Assembly: GCA_010909165.1 (NCBI GenBank)
Contig: MU008159.1
Coordinates: 310,001-374,000 of the forward strand
Direction: 5' to 3'
DNA from: Anthoceros angustus
Lineage: Eukaryota > Plantae > Anthocerotophyta
Length of the DNA: 64,000 bases
Under the pieces are notes generated by a model. The model saw only the letters and a program-made list of their open reading frames with translations, searched no databases and was not told the DNA's origin. This document shows positions 11,545 through 21,417 of this stretch, in pieces; the first letter of the stretch is position 1; the number at the start of each line of letters is the position of its first letter. A program made the translations under genes and the position numbers.

Positions 11545-11930
11545 TCATGGAGCAGTGCTAGTGAAATTGGAGAACTTACGACCCGACCGCATATTCGCGG
11601 ATCGTGATTCCGAGGGTTGACGAGGCATGGGCCAATTATCCGGCGAGTTATTTCGAAGGAGGATAGAGGAGGGTGTATTGCCACTATTATGTATGATTGA
11701 TCCAAGTGAGTGCAATGACCTCGGCAAGTTGGAATTTGGAAGAGATGGCGGGCGAAAAAATATGTTATGGGGTTCTTGGTGGGAACCACACTTATGCGAC
11801 CATGAAACATCTATGCGATATATCACCGGGGAAGAAGAGGTTCCAATGTTGAAGCGCATGTCTATTGCGGGCTTACTATACGCAATGCGAGTCCACCCAT
11901 CACAACACTATCGGACAAACGGAAGAAGAT
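11545..11930 (+). pseudogene. ParB/Srx-like domain (frameshifted), 5' of the methyltransferase-like region
   Basis: VLVKLENLRPD, DEAWANY, RRRIEEGVLPLLCMIDP, VLGGNHTYATMKHL (GGNH at 11778-11789), later HN motif; order resembles the ParB N-terminal fold. Confidence 0.6.
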
Positions 11931-12089
11931 GAACTTCATTGAGCGGTCCGATACTTAAGAGATGAGCTTTTGATAGCAAAACGAGAAGGATGACAATGGC
12001 ATGGAAGTACAATCGTACACAAGGTGCTTGATTGAGGATGATGAAGGGCGAGCGATGTGTATAAGGAACAAAGTGGATAACCGCACACA

Positions 12090-13381
12090 CATTTTATGCA
12101 TTGCCAAGCGGGAAGGAAAGGTATGGGCCAATGTGGACTCCATTTTCTAGTGGGAGGCTGGAGAACTCCGGACGGAAGAAGCATCTACCGGGAGCAAGCA
12201 AGGAAAGGGAAGCGCAAGTTGGTGAGCGAGAAGCAAATGGACACGTATGCGTGGCCAAGGACATGTTGGCAAAGCCATGGAAATCGTTCAAGGCATACTG
12301 GGAGAGTGCGGTCGGCAAATTCGTCGCTGACGAGAAAGGTGTTAAGCGGCACGATTGATTTGAAGGGCATGGATGAGGAGATCACGCGGAAGAAGTTTCA
12401 TGTCATACAAGTGGCGATGGTCAAGCACAGGGTGCTCTTCATTTGAGGAGGTCAGAGGAATATCCGTTGCATTCCAGACGATCTTGTCGGTTTCAAGCTT
12501 TTTTGGAAAGGTGAGTTTCTTGTCCATGCCATGCGCAAGGTCATGGGGCGCGGCGCCCTCCATTCTTTCCACTTTGGACTAACAAACTTGTGGTTCGCGA
12601 CAAGGACATTGAGGTCTTGTCCAAACTTCCGGATGCCTTCAAGATTTTATTTTGAGGTGAACAATTGGAAAGGGGCTGGAGGACGGCGTGCTTTAGCGGA
12701 CAAGGACCTTGAGGAGGATGGAGGTGTTCAGTGTGCCCTCCTCGGATAAACAAGACCAAGTGGGAGATTTGGCGGACATGCGTGGATTTCGAGGGCCGAC
12801 ACACTTATGGTGATGGAGCGTTCAAGGGGTTTCAAATTGGGCCCTTGGACAAAGCGTGTTGACAAGCGGATGATGGACCTTTGCGAGCTTTGCGGAAAAC
12901 AACTTGGATGAGTTGAGAATGATTGTCATGCATGGTGTGGAGGAGGCTCACACCGTGAGTCCATGCGAAGGTGGTGCAAGAAAGGGGCTTGGTCTCATTT
13001 GTATGGGACAAGACCAACATGAACAATAGCAGGTGGGTTGAAACCGTGGAATATGTCACATGGGTTGGGGAATGAAAGATGGGTTCACGGGGATAGAGTT
13101 CCAATGATGCCCAATGCCATGCGGCACTTTCAACAATGGGAGGTCGTGATCGCTCACGATACGGTTGTGAAGAAGCAGTGTACATGTCCCACAAGTGGTG
13201 GTTTGCCCATACGAGGCCTCTGGGCCTTATGATGAAACTTATCCGAACCTTCTCGAGAGGGATTGGATTTTGGATGTATGCTCGGGGTGGGACAACGTTC
13301 TTGGCGGCTACTATGCGGATGTATTGCTATAGAAGGCGACTTGAGGTGTGCGGATATATTGCACAAAGGATTTGGGCATGA
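12090..13381 (+). pseudogene. Beta-class DNA N4C/N6A methyltransferase-like gene (frameshifted)
   Basis: Reconstructed order: ADMRGF..LMVM-(D)VP-RGF (motif IV position, ~12807-12833); FVWDKTNMNNSRWVETVEYVT (~13000-13060); RPLGLMMKLIRTFSR-GDWILDVCSG-GTTFLAA..CIAIEGD.EVCGYIAQRI (13213-13381). This matches the KP..L..LI..S..GD.VLD.F.GSGTT..AA...R..IG.E C-terminal SAM-binding block of N6_N4_Mtase. Confidence 0.8.
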
Positions 13382-13987
13382 GGTTACGCACGATCGAAGA
13401 AGAATCGACATTTGACGCCCACCGCAGAGGACTTGCGCAATTGGCAAGGAGGTGTATCGTGAGAAGGACTCCTGCAAGCTCGGGGTTGTTTCCTTAAGCA
13501 TAAGGCGTGAAGACCAAAAGGAGCACTTTTGACGGAGGACAGCAATCCTTGGATAGCGTTTGGCAGCCTTCCACGACCCGACGGCGAGACAAGACTAAGC
13601 GAAGACACTAGGGCCTTGGGGAGAGCAGCGCTTCGATGAAGAGGAAGTGGGCGCATTCATCGCTATTGTGATGGATTCGAGTTTGCTCTACCCGGACGAG
13701 TCCCAAGTTAGTAGGGAGTAGGCTTAGTGATCTCATGTCTGTGCATCTGCGCTTTTTAGTTCGCAATCACTTATGGACCCGTTGCATTGAGGCAATTGAT
13801 GTCTTCCCATGTTCCAAAGAATCAATGAAAGCCGCCGGCCGCGCCCCCGCACTGCTTTGTTCGCGAAAAGAGTTTTTCTCAATTCCTACTGTTGGAACAT
13901 GGTCGTCTGCTTTTAAAAAGAGCCAAAACGCGTATTTCGGACCGTGAATTGTGCTAAGGGGTTTTCATTTCACGGAAGGGGGTTCGG

Positions 13988-14017
13988 ATATTAACCCCTT
14001 CACAAGATATCGCGGTT
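13988..14017 (-). repeat. Right TIR of element 1 (TSD TTAT 14018-14021)
   Basis: ATATTAACCCCTTCACAAGATATCGCGGTT is the inverted copy of the left end. Confidence 0.9.
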
Positions 14018-15190
14018 TTATACTATTTCGTGAGGCTCATGAGACTCGCAGACATCAGGCATTCACCGTACACTTTACAACTTGCGTGTACGGTATCACG
14101 AAATGGCGTGATGATCACTACTTGATCCATCTTTGTGGCATTTGTCAACGGATCAAGGCTCCCTGACTAAGGTACCGGTCTTCTTCAGCCTATGCCCATT
14201 CCCTTACTCCGTGGAGCAAGTCACTCTTGATTTCGTAGTGGGTTTACCTTGACCCCTGTGATATGATGCGCCCTTGTGTTTACCGACAAACTTACGAGAA
14301 TGATCCACTTAGCCCCACTACGTAGCATGTTCAGCGATGGATGCGGTGAGCTATACCTTCGTTATATCTGAGCTCCATGGCTTGCCTCAGCATAGTAAGT
14401 GATCGGGACCCCGGTTTTCTCGATTTGGCAAGCTATGCATCGCATGGACTACAAACTAAATTGTATCTATCAACAAGCCACCCGGTGATGGAGCTACAGG
14501 CGGGCTATTCAAACCATTGAAGATCTTCTTGAGCATATGTCGATCAGGAAAAATGGGAGCAATATCTACATTTAGCGAGTTTGCTTTCAACAACTCTAAG
14601 AATGCCCAGGAACAACACCCTTTTTGCTCTTTATGGATTTCATCCCGGGACCATGTTACAACTGCTTCTGCTGTGACGCGCACTGCGGCCATGGACTTCC
14701 TCCAAGCAGGGCTCGGGTTCTTGACAAGTTCGGCAACATGTGTTTGAGGCACAAAATCGGCGGATCCTACAAACCAACCGCCATCGGCGACCACGACATT
14801 TTCCACAGCGATCGGTGCTATTGTCTACTCGTTTTCTACCCCCACTCCTTGATGGATCCGGAAATTGGCGATCGATGGATCGGACCTTTTCCGTACAGTC
14901 ATCGGCCCTGCGGCCTATCGCCTCGCCCTTCCTCCTTCCTACAAGTGCCACAACGTCTTTCCCTGCTAAAGCCGTTCCTAGGCCCCTCCTTCCCGACCTC
15001 CACCGTCTTGGACTTGGAAAACCCATGTATGAAGTGGACCGCATCCTCAAACACCGCACCCTTGGCTGTCTTGAATATCTACACTGCGGCTATCCTCTAT
15101 CGAGGCCACAGGAGCAGCGCGCAACCTTTTCCCATTGTGGCGCCTTGCGCCTACCATGCCTCCCGTCGTTTCGAGGCCGAAACCACTTCA
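14018..15190 (+). mobile_element. Ty3/gypsy chromovirus integrase with GPF motif and chromodomain, right arm
   Basis: ILFREAHE..CGICQRIK (zinc finger), QVTLDFVVGLP, EFAFNNS, RWIGPF, SLLKPF, then MYEVDRILKHR..LEYL..GYPL (chromodomain, ~15025-15150). Confidence 0.9.
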
Positions 15191-15203
15191 TCCCCAGGTG
15201 AGT

Positions 15204-15480
15204 TGTTAGGCGATATGAGTGTTAGGCAACATACGGACACATATGTATACCTTGCCCGATACGATGTCTTGTCTGAGCCACCGCCATGGGTGGATATAAA
15301 TGGAGAACCTGACAGAAAGGCAGGCTGTGTAAGGCAAAGTTTTTGGTACTCTTCACGCCTCTGAGCTTAAGAGTTTGAGGCTTTGAGGTAGTTGTTCGAG
15401 GACAAATCAACCGCATCGAGGGCGGCTAATTGATGAGCAAATTGATCATGGCGTCGAGTTCCGGTTTAGGTATGTCACAT
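15204..15480 (+). repeat. Possible 3' LTR of the chromovirus
   Basis: TGTTAGG start just after the chromodomain and a possible TGTCACA end; no clear PPT and no partner LTR in the window. Confidence 0.3.
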
Positions 15481-16432
15481 ATGGCGTATGTGGTTACGCC
15501 ATTGATTTTGTGGTGCTATGCTTGTGAGTCATTTGAATCCGGCTGGGGAGCAGGGCGCTGTTGATGTATGTTGACTAGATGAAGATACACTACAAATCAC
15601 GACATTGCCGCAGAAAGTGCAAAAGAGATTTGGGGAGCCCGAGTGGACCCAAGAAAGCAAGCGTCTTAGAGTGAACAACGTCCTGGCCCAGCAAGCATCC
15701 ATCGATGGGGTGAATTCAACCCAGGGCCAGACACCAAATCCATACCACAAGCGATACAAGCATGAAAGTCCCGAGATCTTGAGTGCAGGCAGACAAAGGC
15801 TAGCGACTCCGGACACCTTCGAGGGCTCTAGCGAGCCTTCACTCACGCGCAACCCCGCCGGTCGGTGGCAGTAGCCCGAGATAAGCGTCGCGGGTGCGCT
15901 ATCTTTATTGTACATGACCCGAAGTTGCCGTCATCACAGAGGACAAATCAACCGCATCAGGGACAGCTAATTGATGAGCAAATTGATCATGGCGTCAGGG
16001 TTCCAGTTTAGGTATGTCACATATGACTGTGTAGTTGCACTTCGTGATTTTGTGGTGCTATGCTTGTGAGTCTGGCTGAATCCCCGGCGGCTGGCAGGGC
16101 CTGTTGATGTATGCTGTTCCGATGAAGATACACTACAAATGCGACCTGTTGCCACTTGAAAGTGCAAGAGATTTGGGGCGAGTGGACCCAAGAAAGAGCA
16201 GTACCGGTGAACAACGTCACAACTGGCAAGCATCCCATCGATCGGTGAATTCAACCAGACGAACACCAAATCCATACCACGAGCGATACAAGCATGAAAG
16301 TCCAGATACTGACAGAAACTGTGGAACTGCTGACTCCTGACACCTTCCAGGCTCTAGCGAGCCTTCTACGCTTGGTGCAGGCCAGATAAGCGCCGCTTGT
16401 CTTGTATACATGACCAGTTATCATCCGGAGAC
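15398..16432 (+). repeat. Tandem duplication, ~541-bp unit (15398-15938 / 15939-16432)
   Basis: Repeated GAGGACAAATCAACCGCATC block; indel-rich copies. Confidence 0.9.
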
Positions 16433-17398
16433 AAGGCCGTGATCCCGTTATTGCGGCTGGGTGAAGGTGGGCGAGCGATTTCGGACCATGCGGCTTTGAT
16501 GCGACGGCGCTGCCATCGTCCTGCATAACCAGGATCACTCCCCGGCCGTGCCGTTAGTTTTTGGACGACCCGGCCGATCGGCACAAGCGAGAAGGATGTG
16601 GTGTTTCTGTAGACTCGCGATCCGAGTGCTCAAACACTCTGATTAAGTTGTTTCTGTCCCCACATAACTTTTAGAATTCGAGGGTTTGAGAGTTTGGGAC
16701 AAATTTTGTCTTTATCAGGGGCAGCAAATTGTTCAGCAATCTGATCCATGATGTTCAGGATGCGAGTAATAGTTCAGGTATGTTAAGCTTACAGAATTTT
16801 GATTCACAGTATGTCACGGGCACTTGGAACATTGTCGATTTGGGGACCTTTGAGTGTACGCATGGGCTTTCTTGTGATGTGAGCGTCCCACCCTCTTAGT
16901 TTTTGGGACAAAGGTCTCCTCGCCATAGAGGCCTCGAAGTCGACAGCCTTCTTTGGGAGCTGGACTCTCTTTACCCCCATCTTCACCCCTCATTTCTTAA
17001 TCCGGGATGTTCCCATCTTGGAGGCCTTTGTCTCGAGCATTGAGAAGGGGGCCTTCCCTTTGCAGGCTTCCCTAGAGTTGGCCAGGGACTATCTTTCCTC
17101 CGAGACTAGGGCGGCCATGGCTCCCTTTTCCTCGTTTTCCGTGGAAGGGAGCTACGTGGCCTTAAGGCCTCTCTCCAGGAGAAGCAGTACAGGCAACATA
17201 GTGAGCAATCCTTGTGGACTCTACTAGTCCCTGGCCTGTTCGTGTCCGCATCCGCTTTTGCTTGGGGAAGGGAGTAGGCTCCTGGCTTTTGGCTCGGCCT
17301 TGCATCCAAGCGTTCCGAATGGCACCAGCTTCTTTTTCTACTACAATGAGGTTTCACCTAGGTTTGATTCAGCCTCTAGCCTATTCTCGCTCAGCATG

Positions 17399-17581
17399 TG
17401 TTGGAGATAAAGCCAACCTCTAGTTAAGTAGTGGCTAATTAGGGTTAGGTGAAGCATTGCGTAGGCTGAGTATGGACACATAACAAAAGACCAATTTTGT
17501 AATTCATTATTCATTGAGTACAGAAGAGTTTTGTGTGTATATGCTTGTGAGATCACTGCCAAATAAACATGGTATCAGAGC
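17399..17581 (+). mobile_element. Short LTR (17399-17569, TG...CA) with tRNA-iMet PBS (17570-17581)
   Basis: TGTTGGAG...AATAAACA followed directly by TGGTATCAGAGC. Confidence 0.65.
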
Positions 17582-18695
17582 ATCCACTTGCTCTTTTGAT
17601 GATACCCTGAGAATTCCGGCCGGTAGTTCTCGAGGATCAAGTAAAGTGTGTGGTGGTCACATGATGCTCGACCTCAAAATCGCTTAGGACGCCTAGAAAG
17701 CGAGCCTTGTTTGCCCCTTGAGACAATACTGGACCTCTACGAGCAGGACTACCCTAATCTCTGGCTTAGGAATCTAGCAGACAAGCACTCGGGAAGAGAG
17801 GAGGTGCATCGGCGTGCACGCCATCGAGTGGAGAGGAATAGGGAGATGGATTCCTTGTACCGGGCCAAGTGCACTAGCAGAGGGCAGAACCCTGATCTGC
17901 TCTACGAGGCACACAATACCCAATGTTGTTCCTTTGCCATCCCGAGGCCTGTTCCATGGCAGCGCAATCCTCCGTACCCCACAAACAAAGTTGAATGCAA
18001 TCAGAGCATGGTTGCTAAGACTTATGCAGCAACAAGTAGGGTGGAGAAGACTTTGTCACGACTGCTCTTAAATCAGGAAATTCTCAAGAGTCAAGTCGAT
18101 GATCTGGATTACCTGTTAGGATGAGCAATCTCTGCATGCTCCAGTACGATTCAATAGCAAATCACTGAAGTTGCTGACTTCCTCAGAGATTTGGAGATTC
18201 AACGCCACAAAATTGATGTACATCACCCGAGGTTGAGGTGGAGATCAAACGACCACCGGTGCATGTGCTTTGGGGGTGTGAGGCATCAAGGGGAGACCCA
18301 GCGTCGTGAAGTTAGGGAGGCGCAGGCGACCATCACGCGTCGACGACTCCCACTAAACTGACATTATCCGCGTCTTTTCGGCATTCAGGAGTTGCATCAT
18401 TTCATCTGAAACGGATGCACATGACAGTTAGTCTCTTGGCTTAAGGTCAAGAAATACAGACATTTAATATGATAGACATACTTATTATATTCCCTACAAT
18501 TGCTGTATGAGATAATTACCATGCTAACCCTTGCATATAGTAGAGAGTGGAAACGATAGGGCGGAGCTCGAGCAGAGCCACACATCTGTATGTTCTGTCT
18601 CCATCCGAGCACCGCCCCACGCTCCACTCCCTACACAAGCCACCTACCATATCAACAGTAAGCAACAAGACATGTTAGTGGCCCTCTTCCTATGG

Positions 18696-20707
18696 TGACA
18701 CCACATTGCACGCTGGATTAATTTTTTCAAACACCGAATCTACCTAAAGTTGTGATGCTCCCGCATGCACTTGGTATCATAGTGCATGCACACATGCATC
18801 CATGCATTATCATGCTTTTGAAAACAGCTTTTTAAAACATACATAGTCACCTGGCCAGTCCTCGGCCTCGACAAGCATGTAGGACCATTTGCACCTATCT
18901 ATTTAATTAGTCCTTGGTCACTCAACAAACCAACCATTTGTGTCTTTGTTCTCGAGGACTTTTGTACCTTTTTCCATTTATCTTATAGTCTCTCAGGCTT
19001 TCGCAAAAAAAAAACAAACAAACAAACAAACAAAACCATTTGCCATCTATTGAATTAGTCCTTGGTCCTTGAAAAGCAATACCATTTGCCATCTATTTAA
19101 TTAGTCCTTGGTCCTTGACAAGCAATGCCATTTGCAATCTATTTAATTAGTCTTGGGTCCTTGGTCCTTGACAAATAAGATCTTTTACTATTTATGTAAT
19201 TCGTCCTTGGTCCTCGACATCCAAGACCATTTGCTTAATGTCAAAATAACTATCTAGCTAGCTATACATGCATTATACAATACTTTAGGTAGCCATGCCA
19301 TGACATTGTCTTGCTCGATTGTCTAGTGGAAGAGGTAGGACAGCAAGTTCTTGCGAGATCATTCTCCAAGGAGGACCACTGCCACCCACATGAACGAAAG
19401 TAGAGAGACGAGGGTATACACCGAATACATTATGATGGATCCGAGCAGCAGATGCGTATGTGGAGGTGCACAAGGAGGCCAAGAGCTAGTGTTGGGCAAA
19501 GCGTGGGCGCGGAGTGGAGGCAAGTCAGTGGAGTGCAAGTGCAGCGAGGTGAAGGCGCAGTGGAGGAGCAACAACGGCGAGCGTCAGTGGATCCAAGTGA
19601 GCCTGGGATGGAGCTGGGCCGAGATCAACCCGTGTGCTTGCTCATGACCCGCAGATGTTGTCTCTCAATAGGTAATGGCCAGACAATTTTCCCATCCGTG
19701 GAGTTGGACATGGCCATCCCGCAGACGCCCCGGATGCACCCTCAAATTAGCAATAGGAGTAGAGATCCACTTTCTAGGGGCCCATATCGTCGCCGAGAGT
19801 TCCACATTCAAATGGGCACGCCTTGGGACTCCACCCTAGGAGTCCGGCCGACGCTTGGGAGCGCAACCCTTAGTAGCCCAACCCCTTGGAGGCCGAACCC
19901 TTGGAGCCCGACACCTTGGAACCTAAGCCCTGACTCCGCGTTACATCTCTCACGAAGGCCAACCCCCTATTAGCCCGCCGCATGGAATAAGTAAAAAAGC
20001 ATACGCCCGGAGTCTAATTCCTGGAGCTAGGTGTACGCGTGGATTGCCACACTCTTGTGTGTACTCTTTTGAGAGTAATTAATTGAGCATCAAAGTGGTT
20101 AGTACATGGCCCGCTACTTGGAGGCCTAGTATCGTGTTTTGTAATAATCGTGTTATTTATAAAATAAAGTTCCACTCCATAACAAAACAACACAAAAAAG
20201 TTCCTTCTATTTTATGAGATTCCTCAAGTTCCTTGGGTTCGGAGTGTATTGACGAGAACCTAAGCCGTGTGTTGCTTGCACGCATTAAATATAGTACGTA
20301 ATTATCTACGCTTTGAGGAGATATCATGCTATAGTTAATTTGACGTACTCTAAGTTGTTGTGGGTACAATTAGCCCTTGTCGTCTTCTTTAACTCATCTT
20401 CCTAAGAAGAGAAAAACAATTACAGACTCTTTAAGCACATGGTGCGCACGAGGCAGACCAAGAAGAGGATCGGTAGCATTAAAATTTTAGTCTTAATGAA
20501 GGATGGGAGAAACTCTGTATGGAGGAAAGCAAGTAAGGATTCCATACTTTGAGACAAGTGTGAGGCGGTCGGTTTAAGATAGGACAAAATGTAGAACCAT
20601 TTCGATATATTACGGTAGCTTGTTGCTGCAAACGGGTAATCAATTGAGGGAGAGAAGATGAAGGGGATGTCGCGCCACAGTTGCATAGTCGTCATGGTAC
20701 CTAAACT
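18696..20707 (+). repeat. Dispersed partial copy of the ~3.7-kb unit found in tandem at 53080-64000
   Basis: Colinear with ~54710-56790 from TGACACCACATTGCAC to GTCATGGTACCTAAACT; includes three copies of the 46-bp minisatellite (19036-19170). Confidence 0.9.
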
Positions 20708-21102
20708 TGTCACAGCAGCTGAAGAACCAGCCACGAAGGCGACATGGCCAAATCCAGTGAGGAGGACCGGTAAAGCGGCGGAACGACTTAGGGTACCACC
20801 AATTTTCACGCGTTCCCGCACGGAACGGACCCAGATAGGCATGCCCCGTTTAGACACCCCGTTAGATATCCCGTTTAGGTCATCCATAGATAGCGTATTG
20901 ATCAGATTAGGTAAATACCTGTAAATAGGCTTTAGGTACGTTAGACTGTAACCGTATTGGTTACACGGAGCTTCTTGGCATACGGCCAGCCCGCTCCTAC
21001 ATGTACAGCGTTCACGAGTAACTATGCAGCCATTCCCGAGCTCAACCCGCACGCTCCCGGCGTCGCAACGATCCCGAGGAGTGTTGCATCTAGTATCAGA
21101 GC
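20708..21102 (+). mobile_element. 5' LTR (20708-21088) and PBS (21091-21102) of a gypsy element
   Basis: TGTCACAGC start exactly where homology to the 3.7-kb unit stops; ends GTGTTGCA; TAGTATCAGAGC is a one-mismatch iMet PBS. Confidence 0.65.
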
Positions 21103-21417
21103 CCGCTTTCCTGCCGGCAATCAGACATTTGCTATTGGAATCCCTGTGGCGCGGCCAGAATGAGCGAACGTGTCTCACCACGTGAGGTGGAGAGGCAGAT
21201 CTCCAATAGCGATCAAGAGGGACATCTGCTGGAGGGAATCGGCGGTCGGGTACGCCAGAGAGGTAGGCATGCACCCACCTCGTCCAATCGCGGTAGACTG
21301 ACCAACGCACGGGTCCTTGGAAAAGTGCCTGCAGAGAAGAGCCGAGCCGCGAGTCGAGGATCGGCAGCTTGCGAGCGACCCAATCTCAGGTGACAGGGGC
21401 TACAGAACATCCCGAGT

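Larger units (their letters stand above)
770..14017. mobile_element. TIR DNA transposon, element 1 (Sola-like transposase plus ParB/methyltransferase-like cargo)
   Basis: Inverted termini AACACGATATCTTGTGAAGGGGGTTAATAT and reverse complement AACCGCGATATCTTGTGAAGGGGTTAATAT. TTAT duplicated at 766-769 and 14018-14021. Removing the element restores the gypsy frame RLYVPPLPHVR-LI-LFREAHE. Confidence 0.85.

Noticed and set aside
12796-12815. ADT(P)YG as a canonical motif IV after adding one base
   Set aside because: The element 2 homologue aligns this stretch to SYSLLVMDVPRGF, so motif IV lies a few codons downstream.
11545-13381. Bacterial or phage contamination or a restriction-modification locus
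   Set aside because: The region lies inside TIRs with a TSD in plant-type retrotransposon sequence, a second homologue has the same termini, and no endonuclease partner or operon is seen.
20420-21310. 296-aa minus-strand ORF
   Set aside because: Antisense read-through of an LTR, PBS and repeat junction; no domain.
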